Shown here piece by piece: positions 27,897 through 39,989 of a stretch of DNA of 64,000 nucleotides. Origin of the DNA: Octopus vulgaris. Lineage: Eukaryota. Each line of letters begins with the position of its first letter. Position 1 is the stretch's first letter. The stretch covers positions 109,988,001-110,052,000 of the forward strand of contig OX597819.1 of the NCBI GenBank assembly GCA_951406725.2, read 5' to 3'. The notes beneath the pieces were generated by a model. It saw nothing but the letters and a program-made list of their open reading frames with translations. It searched no databases and had not been told where the DNA came from. The position numbers and the translations under genes are program-made.

Positions 27897-27901
<5 letters not shown>
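27668..27901. mobile_element. pogo/Tigger-type MITE
   Basis: TA-flanked imperfect TIRs CAGTAATTCCTTGCCATATCGCGG and CCGCGATAGTCGAAGGATTTCTG. Confidence 0.7.
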
Positions 27902-27963
<62 letters not shown>

Positions 27964-28578
27964 TTAATCAGCCGAAATTGCTAAGATGATCTGGTTCTTG
28001 ACTGATGACTGAGGGCTTCGAATGTCCCGTCCTGTGGTTCTTGTGTCGTCTCTGTGGCGTTTCATGTTCTTGTCCATGTCTGTAATTATTTTTACTGTTT
28101 ACCTATATATATATATATATATATGATTGATTGATTGATTGATTCTAGTTTCAGCTTATGAGCTGTGGCCATGCTGGGGCACCGCCAATATATATATATA
28201 TATATATGTTCTGTCTTTTACTGGTTTTACTTTTATTGTTTTTACTGTCTTGTTTTGTTCTTACTATCCTGTTCTTGTTACCACTTTTACCCCTCCGCAA
28301 AAAATCCCAAATTTTATTTAATTTGCTTTGCGGGAAGGACTGTTTCAACGAAGTCGTGTTGAAGGAGAATATTCTTTGTGTTGTATTATGTCTTATACTT
28401 TGTTTTTTCGTTGTTTGAAAAAAAAGTTCGTTTCCATGTTTTTGTTTTGATGTTTTCGTTCCTCATTGTGTCCACGTTTTTTGATGTCCTGTACCCATAT
28501 ATGCATGTATATATACATATAGATGTAGGTATATACATATATGTATATATGCATATACTTATATATTATTTATAGTAT

Positions 28579-28611
<33 letters not shown>

Positions 28612-28640
28612 ATATATACACACACACAGATATATATATA

Positions 28641-29454
28641 CGAGGTCTGATGAATAAGTATCCAGACGTGTACTATAAAGACAAAAGCACAACAAGTACT
28701 AATTTGGCATTTAATCTCCTTCAATGTAGTCTCCTTCGAAAACCGAGAGAAGCATTGATGGAACTCGTTTTCTGGGATAATCAGCAGCTGCCTCGTCGCA
28801 TTCACTTTGATTTCCTCGATGTCCCTAAGTCTTCCATTCAAGCGGGGTTTGATTTTTGTAAAGAAGAAAAAGTCGCAAGGGCGTGGTCTGGGGAATATGG
28901 TGGCTGTCGGACCTAGGGAATGCAGTGCTTAGCCAAAAGCTGCTGCACAAGCTTCGCTGAATGGGCAGGTGCGTTGTCTGCAGAAAGCAGTTTTGGTACA
29001 AACTTGGCAGACACGGGTCTCATCCCAAATCTTCAATGATAAAGAACTGAATTGAATTTGCACATCCTCTGATGACTCACGAATGGTAATTCGACGATTT
29101 TCCCTCACAGCTGCACGCACATCTGCGATGTTTTTCTCAGTTCTGTTGGTTGCGGGTCTCCCAGAACGTTCGTCACCATCGACATTTTTTCGGCTCATAC
29201 ACTCCTCTCCATACACTTTCTGCAACTTTGCGTTGGCCTCTGCGCTTTTAGCAAAATTTGATGCAGATTCGTGGTCAATGCGACGATCACACGATACACA
29301 CCTTCCTTCCAAGAACTGCTGTAAACAGCGGAAGTGAGCTAGAGCGCTAAAACTTAGTGCGCATGCACAGCAGAGTTTCTTTACCAAGTGGCTTCACTCT
29401 ACGTGCTTTAGCTTCGTTACTATAACAGTCCGGACACTTATTGATCAAAAATCG
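28641..29454 (-). mobile_element. Internally deleted mariner element
   Basis: TA-flanked TIRs (CGAGGTCTGATGAATAAGTATCCAGAC and a diverged inverse). Transposase remnant LQKVYGEECMSR...ERSGRP...RENRRITIRE. Confidence 0.85.
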
Positions 29455-29764
29455 TATATGTGTACAGTATATAGATAAGAGTTACAATCTAAGGTGTGAC
29501 CCCATAAAATATATCTGCGTATTCTAATTCTTCAAAGTAAATTTGTGGATGTTATGGTTTATATGAGAATATTGTTAAATACTGGAAAATATTGTTGAGT
29601 ATCAAAACAGTATTAAAACGTATTAAAACAGAAATCTGGAAAAAATTCCAAAACTCTCCAGTTTTCTTTTTAAATTTCTTATATATATCTGTGTGAGTGT
29701 ATGTGTGTGAAAAAGTTTTCAGTTTTCTTTTTTAATTCTATATGTGTGTGTGTGTGTGTGTGTT

Positions 29765-30837
29765 AATCTTCGTTTTTATGTTTAATTACAAGAAAAAAAT
29801 GATTTTACATTAATGTAAAGGGTTACTATGTACTTTTGTAATTAAACAAAAATATTGTTGACAATCACTTTGAAATTTCTGTTAGTTAAGCCATCCTTGG
29901 ACATCGATGCATTGGAGTTAATCCTGGCTTTATGTAGTTTCTGTTGGTTAAAGTCTTCTTTGGTCCTGTGGTTTTGAGTGGGGTGGTAATAAGGTTAATG
30001 GTAGGTTGTCACGGAGAGGTGTTTTGGGAGAGATGTTTCAAAGATTAAATTTGGTGTTATGTTAATGTTCAAAACTTATGCAAGTATTCAGAGCTTTGTA
30101 AGCAAATGTGTAGGTTTAGGTGTGTCAATTTCTTAGGTAAGCACAGGATGTACCTGTAGTTTAGTTATTTTTGGCTTTATTGGATTTAATCCTTTGCGTT
30201 GACAATGCAAAGGTTAAAAGTACAAAGTCCAGTATTTAAATATTGGAAATACTTGAACCAACAATAACCGCAAGTAAACAAACTGCTCAGCTAAAAAATA
30301 CCACCTACTTACATTCTTTTGTGAACCCTTAGAAATTTCCACTACAAAACTGTTGACTCACGAACATTTGATCACTATAAACAAATAATTTGTGATGGTG
30401 GTTCGGCAAAAGCTGAACGCTCATACACCAACTTATTAAGGTTTTAAATACTGGACTTTGTACTTTTGATCTTTACTTTGTCAAAGCAAAGGATTAAATG
30501 GGATTAAACCTAAAATAACTAAACTGCAAACACATCGTGAGACTACTTGAATCGACACACCTAAATATACACACTTGCTTACAAAGCTCTAAAATACAGA
30601 AATGATTGTAAACATTAACAAAAAACCAAATTTAGTCAACAAAAATTTCTCGAAAACACCTCTCCATAACAACCCACCCTGAACCCTATTACCACCCCGC
30701 TCAAACCCACACAGCCGAAGAAAACTTTAACTCAATAGAGGCCACATAAAGTCAAGATTAACTCTGATGCGTCGCAGTCTGCCGATGGCTTAACTAGCCG
30801 AAACTTCGAGGTTACTGTCAACAATATTCTTATTTAA

Positions 30838-30838
<1 letters not shown>
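29765..30838. mobile_element. Old, large foldback element
   Basis: Diverged inverted arms at about 29850-30245 and 30440-30830. The right arm has a hammerhead-like motif at 30774-30818: gcagt CTGCCGA t ggc..gcc GAAA cttcgagg TT actgt. Confidence 0.7.
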
Positions 30839-30906
<68 letters not shown>

Positions 30907-31195
30907 TGGCTTAGTGGTTAGGGTTTTGTACTCACGAACGTGACATTGTAGTTTCAATTACTAGACCGAGCTGTGCGTTGTGTTCTTGAGCAAAACACTT
31001 CATCTCGCGTCACTCTGCGAGATCATGTCGATACCGGACGCATGGTACACAATGCACCTGTTGAAGCAACGTCGATTTGAAGGAGAGAGTGAGCAAATGT
31101 GTGGCACGAACATTTGATCACTATAAACAAGTCATTTGTGCAGGTCGTTCGGCAAAAGCTGAACGCTCATACGACAACTTCGACGGAAGAGTCCA

Positions 31196-31226
<31 letters not shown>

Positions 31227-31237
31227 CATACATACAT

Positions 31238-31321
<84 letters not shown>

Positions 31322-31327
<6 letters not shown>

Positions 31328-31550
31328 GAGAGGGATGACAACTATGTGGACAACCCTTATGCTAGAAGTAGATCCGCTATGGTCTTATCATAGCGGATCT
31401 ACTTCTAGCATAAGTGCTGTCCACATAGTGGTCATACCTCTCATATGTATATAATAGAATTTACTGACCCTTCAGATTTTAATATGCTAGACCACTGGTG
31501 TTAAATTGATGTTAATTAAATTAATATCCAATTTCTCACCCTCGTTTTAA
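31322..31550. repeat. Short foldback element between (TA)n tracts
   Basis: Inverted arms of about 60 bp centred near 31384, plus a unique tail. No hammerhead core seen. Confidence 0.7.
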
Positions 31551-32127
31551 ATATATATATGTATATATGTATTTTAGAGATATGCGACGTGAAAATGCTT
31601 TCTAGCATTCATGCGTAGTCGATAATATATTATTTTTCTTTCTCTTGATTGCTTAATATTTTGGTTAAGCATGATTAATTATTATAGGGATGTACTTGTT
31701 TAGTTAATACTTTGTGTCCACATAATGCACGAAAAGATGCTGAAACGTTCCTGGTTTTTAGCTAAAATAAAATACAGGCAGTTAATTATGATTTTATTCG
31801 ATATATTCCCTTCTCAGATTCACCCACTTATTGCAGCGGCTTTTTTGTTTTCCTAAGCCCTGTAAAAGAACACGGAAGATTGGGCATCCAACCAGGCCTT
31901 TCGCAATACTATTAAAGCCAGAAACTTTTCAGCACCTGCTCGTATAGCACAATCCGACTCGGCTATCAATATATACATATGTACATGCGCGCGCATACAC
32001 ACACACGCACTCACGTACACACACATATACACAAACACATACACACACAAACACATGTTTTAATATACATATATATACACACATACACATATATGCATGC
32101 GTGTGTATGTGTGTGTGTATGTGTGTT

Positions 32128-32168
<41 letters not shown>

Positions 32169-32174
<6 letters not shown>

Positions 32175-32366
32175 TATATAGAAGGAGCTTCTACAGGACT
32201 AGAACTGTTTCATTCAAGAGAAATCTTCAGGAAGCTTCCTGAAGATTTCTCTTGAATGAAACAGTTCTAGTCCTGTAGAAGCTCCTTCTATATAATAAAT
32301 TAATTTTACTCTGCTATGTATTTAGTACCTTATTTACTGTGGTTAACCCCGAATCAACCCGGGACC

Positions 32367-32370
<4 letters not shown>
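32169..32370 (+). mobile_element. Perfect 132-bp palindrome (32169-32300) plus tail, between (TA)n tracts
   Basis: Spacer-less palindrome centred on AAG|CTT at 32234/32235. Confidence 0.85.
32233..32283 (+). ncRNA. Type-I hammerhead ribozyme motif (mirror copy 32186-32236 on -)
   Basis: agcttc CTGAAGA t ttc tctt gaa t GAAA cag ttctagtc ctg TA gaagct. Six-bp stem I; stem II has a U-U closing mismatch. Confidence 0.75.
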
Positions 32371-32430
<60 letters not shown>

Positions 32431-32433
<3 letters not shown>

Positions 32434-33647
32434 GGGTTGGACAAAATAATGGAAACACCTTCAAATTTCAAATAACTTAATTTTAATATCGGGTAGGACC
32501 ACCATTGGTAGTAATTACAGCTTCGATTCTACGAGGTATGAATTGTTTCCAAAGGAATTTTTGACCATTCCTCAGTTAAAACAGTCTCCAGTTCTTGTAG
32601 TGATGATGGTGGAGGATATCGACTCCTTACTTGTTTTCCTAAAATGCACCATAAATGTTCAATAGTATTGAGATCTGGGAACTGTGGTGGCCAGATAAGA
32701 TGTTCAACTTCACTAGAATGTTCCTCGTGCCATTCAGTAACAACTTTAGCTGTGTGAATTGGTGCATTATCATCCTGAAAGATTGCGTTTCACTTCAGAA
32801 ACAGTTCCGCAACTATAGCATGAATTTGATCAGATAAAATGCTTAAATAGTCTTGACTATTAATTCTCCTATGAAGGGGAAGCATTGGGCTGGCGGATTT
32901 CCAAGATATAGAAGGATCATCACAGATCCTCCTCTGTGTTTAACAGTTGGAAGAAGGTAGTCTGGGTCAAATGCTTCGTTTGGCTGTCTCCACACGTATA
33001 CGCGGCCGGTGATCGGAAATACGGTAAACGATGACTCGTCCGAGAAAGTGATATTCTTCCACTGCTCTAGGGACCAATTCTGTATGTTTTTATTCCACAC
33101 CAAACGCTTCGCAACGTTTGTTTTTGAAAGTAGTGGCTTTCTGATTGCAGCCCACCCGTGAAACCCGGCCTTGAAACCCGAAGTGGTTATTAAGCTCTGC
33201 AGTAATTTTGGGAGCTATACTTTTGTGATCCTTTCTAACAAGTCGCTTAAGAATCCGACGGTCCCTATCTGAAAGTTTTGGTTTTATTTCGGAGTTTTGT
33301 TTCAGCGAGGATATTTTTTCCTCTTTCTCAAAGGCTGTCATTACTTTCGAAACAGTACTACTTGATACACCAAACATTTCGGCTGTTTTCGTTACGCTAA
33401 TGCCTGCCATACGAGCACCAATAATTGGACCTCTTTGAAAGTCCGATAGATTTGTCATATTAATGAATTTTAATTGTCTTTTTCTGATGTTATCTAAAAA
33501 GAAACAGCAGTTTTAGCAAAACATATTAAGCAACACTAATAATAAATCAAAAAACATAAAAATAAAAAAGCATTTGACGGTTTTATTGATATTTCAAAAT
33601 TATGATGCTATGACGCTAGGTGTTTCCATTATTTTGTCCAGCCCCTG
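32431..33647 (-). mobile_element. Tc1-family DNA transposon, disrupted transposase
   Basis: 30-bp TIRs with 1 mismatch (CAGGGG[T/C]TGGACAAAATAATGGAAACACCT) and TA on both sides. ORF pieces LSDFQRGPIIGAR (HTH) and ITFSDESSF...TVKHRGGSVM. Confidence 0.92.
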
Positions 33648-33976
33648 TAAATATACACACATACATATTGTTCTACAAATAAAATTGCTTTATGTAATAT
33701 ATATATATATATATATATATATAATGCTTCTATATATGTTTCTTTCTTTACGTTTCTGTATCTATGTTGGCATGTACACACATAAGTGGTTACATGCACA
33801 CAGATCTACTACCTAGGCAATTAAACTTAGAAGGATACAATACACTTAGACATATACACTTGCCAACTGTTTGATAAACAGATATACGTATCAATATTTC
33901 TCTTCTTCCCATAATCAGTCGCGTGTTACTAATGTTATGCTATTTTTCTATTTTTTATTTCCATGGTCTTTGGCAG

Positions 33977-34172
33977 AGTGTGTCTGAACGAACCGAGAAA
34001 CCGAGTGACGCCCACCATAATGGGTGGCATATTTAGCCCTGTAATCCTCGACTCAGATGTGACGTTGACTCTCGAGGAGTACATGAGAAAACGGAATCAT
34101 TTCGCCAGCATCTTGAAATGTATGATAGAACTCAAACTGCAAGGCTATAAACTTGATAATACTCAAACATGA
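33977..34172 (+). CDS. BCR/ABR-like gene, terminal coding exon h
   Basis: Acceptor ctttggcag|, phase-2 entry. Encodes VCLNEPRNRVTPTIMGGIFSPVILDS...KLDNTQT with TGA at 34170-34172; compare [24 protein letters not shown]. Confidence 0.85.
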
Positions 34173-34198
34173 ATAACAACAACAACAACAACAACAAC

Positions 34199-34245
<47 letters not shown>

Positions 34246-34247
34246 TG

Positions 34248-34315
<68 letters not shown>

Positions 34316-34316
34316 G

Positions 34317-34357
<41 letters not shown>

Positions 34358-34391
34358 GATAATAATAATAATAATAAAAGATAATAATAAT
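34173..34391. repeat. (AAC)n(AAT)n microsatellite directly after the stop codon
   Basis: Read directly; lies in the inferred 3' UTR. Confidence 0.9.
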
Positions 34392-34941
34392 AGTAATTTA
34401 TTAGCCGCAAGGGCTCGAAATATACAATAGAATATACAAAGAAGCGTTAAATAGGGAGCTTGCAAAAACGTCTGGGTTTGAGACAGACTATATAAAAGCG
34501 AAGAGAGAGTCGAAAAAAGTTTAAAAATTTTAAACCGTGAAATAATTACGAAAAATACGCAAAAACACAATTATTAAAATGGGATATATTAAAATGAAAG
34601 TTTGTTTGTGTTGATCATGGCATCCCACATTCCCGCTTACGGATTCTCTCCCCATGCAACCTTTTGTCCTACTCCATGTTTTAAGATCAGAATCCCCTAC
34701 GAGGGCCTCTTTGGTCAGAATAGGTGAATGAAGGCCTACGTCTCGTGGATAGTTCACATTTAAAATACTATAAACACATCTGGAGACTTTTACTCGTGTT
34801 CTATCATAGACGTGTTCGTAGACGTGTTCACGTCAATTGGATCGTCTTTGTGCATCGGCTGTGCGGTAAGAAGCTTGCTTACCAGCCACATGGTTTTGGG
34901 TTCAGTCCCACTGCATGGCGTCTTGGGTAAGTGTCTTCTAC

Positions 34942-35002
<61 letters not shown>

Positions 35003-35004
35003 GC

Positions 35005-36065
35005 GTTGATTTTGGTCCCTACAACCGATTTATATTCGTTTAGAATGGTGCTGGTCGTCTCCACTTTTAACACCATGACGTAAGCCGACGACACTCCTCT
35101 CCCATGTCCCAGTTCGAATGGGATGACTCTTAACTATTTCAGCTTCTGCAGCAATGACTCGAGATCCAGTAGGTGCAGAAGAGTTGACAGCAGCACTGAT
35201 AGACCGAGCGTGCGATGCGAAATGGTTCCAACTGGCGCCCGTGCAGCCAGCGTTCGTCTGAGCCCTTGTTATGATGTATCCCCTAGGGTGGAGATTGTTG
35301 TGGATGGACCTGTTCAGAGTCTCACACATTTCCGCTTCTCCGAGCAGGTTACCGACGACAAACGCTAAACTTTTCATTAATATCTTGGCCAAAATCTTAA
35401 ACTGGGGCAAATTTTCTTGCGGCATCATGATGAAGGACGCCGACATGGGCGTCCTTCATCAGGAGCTTCAGTACACCCCGCTTAACAATACTAAACATTT
35501 TCCCATTCTGCTACCAATTACAATAGACGTCTGACAAGAGGTGGTGAAGCAAATATTGAACGAACTCGTAGAATTCATAAAGTAGACAATCCAAGCTGCG
35601 TGATTTGCAGCTTGTGCAACCACTCATCGCCTCCTGTATTTCAGTGGTCGTTATCGGCTTTTCGCAGAATCTTGCATCCGCTGATGTGAGCCGTGGCAGG
35701 CTGTCCAGTTACGAACTAAAGTCCGCAACCGCCGCCGACTTATCGCCCTCCTCAAGCAGTGAGACAAAAAGCTGCTGGAAAATCGCTCACATCTGTTCGG
35801 AAACGTGGAGCAAGCGACCGTACCCGTTTGTCAAAAATGTGATCATGGTTTTGTTACTAGGTCGTATATCCACCGTTTCTGTCCATCGGAAGGCTTTAGT
35901 TCCTTTGCGTTTGACCGCAAGAGCCTTAGCTCTTAAAGAAATAGTCAAGGGCCATTCTCGCCGCTAGCACGTCTGTCGTAATACTTTTACTTACCGCTTC
36001 CTCTATGTTGCTCACTAGTACTCCCTCTAATCTATGTGTTCCTATTGCTAATTCTTTGCAATTTG
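35005..36065 (-). mobile_element. Degenerate, internally deleted Tx1-like ORF2 remnant
   Basis: KILAKILMKSLAFVVGNLLGEAEMC...RSIHNNLH aligns with KILAKVLAKRLARVANGIVGEAQTC...RTIQDTLH of the element at 38299-43583. Confidence 0.75.
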
Positions 36066-36229
36066 TTAATTAGGCCACATGTTAGCAATTTTTAAGGGAA
36101 GGGAGTTGTCGATACTATCGACTCCAGTACTTGACTGGTACTTTGTTTTATCCAACCTGGAAAGATAAACTGCAAACTTGATTCTGGCAAGGCTAAAATT
36201 TCTTTCCGACGCTCTAATAATTCTACTTG

Positions 36230-36850
36230 AAACGGGCAGTCAGGTCAGTAAAAGATGCTCTGACCGACATCCACCTGCCCCTTCCGATATTCATAGTTGC
36301 AAGCCCAATGGGATATCGCAATCCAGTTAATGCATGCTTTCGTTACCCCACGTTAACTCTCTGGAAACTTACAACATTGATTTCTGGTGTGCCCAATACA
36401 ATATCAGTGACGTCGCCCACATATGCAGACATAGCTCTCTTCTATTCCAGTTGTAGCGGCGTGCACTTCACTGTTTCCATTCTCGGCAACAAAGATTCTA
36501 GCATCAAAATCTACTGAAAGCGACGAAAGTGGGGGAATCATACTTGATGAAGTGTTCGACGCGAAAGGGTCCGTTAAGCGGTTGTTTAGTTTTAATGCCA
36601 AACAAACGTCTTTATGCACTGTAACGATCCAGTTGGTAGCAGGGCATTATTGCCGTTCAGACCATCGTCAAACTTGATTGAGCAGATCTATGATCAAAGG
36701 CATTCCATTTAAGACCACCCCGATTTTTGGTGGACGTTATACGTTTGGTCAAATATTTATTATCTAATATGTCGCTTTTTTTTAAAAGGCGAATTAGTTT
36801 GAGGGACATAAGGCTGATATTTCTAGCTGGTCGAGTATTCACGTAGAGTA
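36230..36850 (-). mobile_element. Second degenerate Tx1-like RT remnant
   Basis: Decayed motifs: LKLNNRLTDPF (compare VRVNGFLSKPF), PLSSL (compare PLSPL) and AYVGDVT (compare YADD). Confidence 0.55.
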
Positions 36851-37378
36851 ATGGTTATCGCTCGCTGAAGATCGAATGAAATTTTATTTATATTGGTGTA
36901 CAACAGTATTGTGGCTAATTCATTTTTCAACCTTCTTTGGCATCTCTCGACAGACCCTTTTCTTAACGTTTGAGAACGTCAGGCGATAAGATTTTCCACG
37001 TTGGTGCCTCGAGATACAATATGATACAATATAAACAGAGTTATGTCCTTACGTTTATAAATTTGTTTTGCTTGATTTCTGATGTGGAATCGTGTGTTGA
37101 AACAGATATTGTTGTATTTCGGGATTTTAAATCTCTTCATTCTCTGTGGAGATCGTATTGAGTGGAAGAGAACTAAATGTACTGAGCTTGTGGGGTTATT
37201 CCGAAACATTTGACGGGTAGCAAAATGTGATCCCATTGAGGTGAGATGCAAAAAGTTTTAACTAGTACCTTTGTCGATCTGGGTACGCTGGGTATCACAG
37301 AAGCCATGGGGGGGGGGGACGAGACATCAAATTGGCTATGGAGGCGGTAGAGGTTCCATCAAAGTGGTTGTGGAGCAG

Positions 37379-37598
37379 CGGCGAGCTGGCAGAAACGTTA
37401 GCGCGCCGGGCGAAATACTTAGCGGTATTTCGTCTGCCGTTACGTTGCGAGTTCAAATTCCGCCGAGGTCGACTTTGCCTTTCATCCTTTCGGGGTCGAT
37501 AAATTAAGTACCAGTTACGCACTGGGGGTCGATGTAATCAACTTAATCCCTTTGTTTGTCCACTCTATGTTTAGCCCCTTGTGGGTAGTAAAGAAATA
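37379..37598 (+). mobile_element. Full-length Tx1-tailed family-A SINE with 13-bp TSD
   Basis: TSD GGTTGTGGAGCAG at 37366-37378 and 37599-37611; A/B boxes in the head. Confidence 0.9.
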
Positions 37599-38464
37599 GG
37601 TTGTGGAGCAGAAAATTTGAGCTTCCGAGCGATAAGTGTTAACTGAGATAGTGCATTTTGGGGCTTGAGCAATCATGGCTGGATCGCCTTGGTGACGGGG
37701 AAAATGTGTGACGTCTGTTTGTTGAAAGCTCCAAAGCACTCAATGACCTCCAGGAAAATATCATCATATCAAGCTGCATCACAGGAGATGTACCGAAGAA
37801 ACTAGGAATTCTTTTTGACAAATAATCCGTTTATGCACAATATACACGCATATCAATGAATATACATAAGTAAATTATGCATACATCCATATGATTGTGC
37901 ATATATATACTTCACTTTAAATTTACAACGGATGTCTCTCGGATATCGAGTTACATTTTCTTTCATAGTAACTGCCGATATTTAACATTTTGTCATTAAT
38001 TTAAAGTAAAATGTAATTGTTTGAAGGCAAAATCGTTGTTCAAAAGCCATAAAGCCTGAATCCTTAGAACTCATCGTAATCTGCATTTACTATCAACTCT
38101 TTATTTTATTTTTGTTTTATTTATTTTATACAACGCGGTCACGGAGTATGGTATACATTTTTAAAATTTAATTTGAAGAAATAGTAAGAGTTATCTCCCG
38201 TAATTGTTACATTCAAGGGAGATAACTCAAAATGTATGCGTAAGAAATAACCAGATCTGATGTCATTCGGGCGAAATGCGTAGCCGTATTTCGTCTGCTG
38301 CACATGTGTTCGTGAAGTAAGAATTGCTGTTTCGTGGTGTTAATATTGTTAACAACTGTTGTTTCTTGTTAAACTGTTGAATAACTTAACTGTTGGAGTT
38401 TTCAATTGAAAACACTTAGTGCTTGTGGTAGCACGCGTTGTTCATTCCCCCTTTGGGGGGAAGA

Positions 38465-39978
38465 ATGTCGTCTAGCATGGAGCCTACCGTTGGAGCAGAA
38501 ATACTTGTTTCTCCTGTTGAGAGGAGGAAATACATGTCCGGCGAGGAGCCAACTACAGACAAGGAAATAGGGGTTTCCCCCGCTACAAGAAGGAATAGCA
38601 GAGAGGATAATATATTTGATATTTTTGGAGATGTGTCTGAGAGCTCGTCAGAACTTTCACCAGAAGAGTTTCCGACTTTGCCAGAGAACAAAGGCATTGT
38701 GTCAAAGAGAATAATTGATGTGCCTAGCATCCAGATAGAACCAAAAAATGGAAAAAAAAGTTTTGCGTTGGCTGATGGGGGTGGAACCCAGATACTGTCG
38801 ACGAATAAAAGCGAAATTATGAAATACAGCAAAATGATGGAAATAACTGACAACGGTGTGAAAATTGAACCTCCGCAAAAGTTATTACAGGAAGAAAAGC
38901 AAAAAACAATAATTTTCAAAACATATTGTCTACAAAAAAGAAAAATTGAAAGAATGTCAGAAGAGAAAATAGAAAAGTGCTTAAAGCCAATATTGGGCGA
39001 CGTAGTATTTCTGAGAAGAGGAAAAAAATTCGAAACGGTGGAAGTAAGGTTCACCAATAAAGAAATGGCACACAAGAACTCAGTTGAAACGTTGAAAACG
39101 AACGACGTGGAGTTAATACCCTATTATATGGGGATGAGGACGTCGCGAATAAAAATTACAAGGGTCCCGCCAGAGGTCGAACCTATGTGGTTGTTGGCGG
39201 CAGTCCTAATCAAAAAGGTAGAAAAAATTACTCTCCTCCAGGCTACCGCTACGGAAAACACACGCTGGGATGGTCAAACAATTAATCTTCTCATTCAAGC
39301 GGACCCTAAAATAATTCAAACAATTCCTGAGACAATTGAGGTAGGGGAGGAGAACCTCGTGGTGTTTGTTGAGGGCCGAAAACCTCGATGATTTTATGTG
39401 GTCAATTAGGCCACATTCGAAGGAACTGCAAGGAAAATAGGAGGAAGAGGAGAAAAAAGACAAAGAGGAAGAAGATAAAGAAGAAACAGATGAGAAAAAA
39501 ACAACAAACAAAAGAAAAATACAACCAGCAACCCAGCCGAGAGCGGCGACTACTACAGAACAACGACCAAAAAAGACTGCCAGAAGAGAAAAAGAAGAAA
39601 AAGGCATAATAGCCGTATACACTAAAGATACTGAGCTCATGAGAGACATTCAACTCATAAAGACTGTAAAAAAAATTGATAACCTTTCAGAGGAATTTAC
39701 GACATATATGAAGTCTCAAATAAGACTTATAGAATTCTACAAAATAAGTACAGAAAGACTGTATCTTCATTGAGATTAGATTTTAACAAGTCGATATTTC
39801 ATGGATTACCAGCTCCGATCCCGCGAGAAAAGAAAAGGTGGAGATTCCCCCTCCACCTGATAATTCTGTGTCGGTGGTGAGACGGGATTTTGACAAATCT
39901 ATTTCCCAAGACCGTCCACCTCCGACTCTGGATCAAAAAAAGGTGGAGGGTCCCCCTCCACCGGACAATCCTAATTAA
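38465..39978 (+). pseudogene. Tx1 ORF1 (gag-like, CCHC knuckle), frameshifted
   Basis: Open from ATG 38465 to 39391; lesion at the knuckle, which continues as CGQLGHIRRNC in another frame; Lys/Glu-rich tail. Confidence 0.75.
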
Positions 39979-39989
39979 ACAGGTAAGTG

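Noticed and set aside
27965-28035. GAAA...CTGATGA as a type-II hammerhead
   Set aside because: Stems I and III cannot be formed convincingly.
34169-34384. Poly-Asn ORF overlapping the gene's stop codon
   Set aside because: It is an AAT microsatellite in the 3' UTR in a different frame.
37379-37465. tRNA genes at SINE heads
   Set aside because: A/B boxes are present but there is no full cloverleaf, and each continues into a SINE body.
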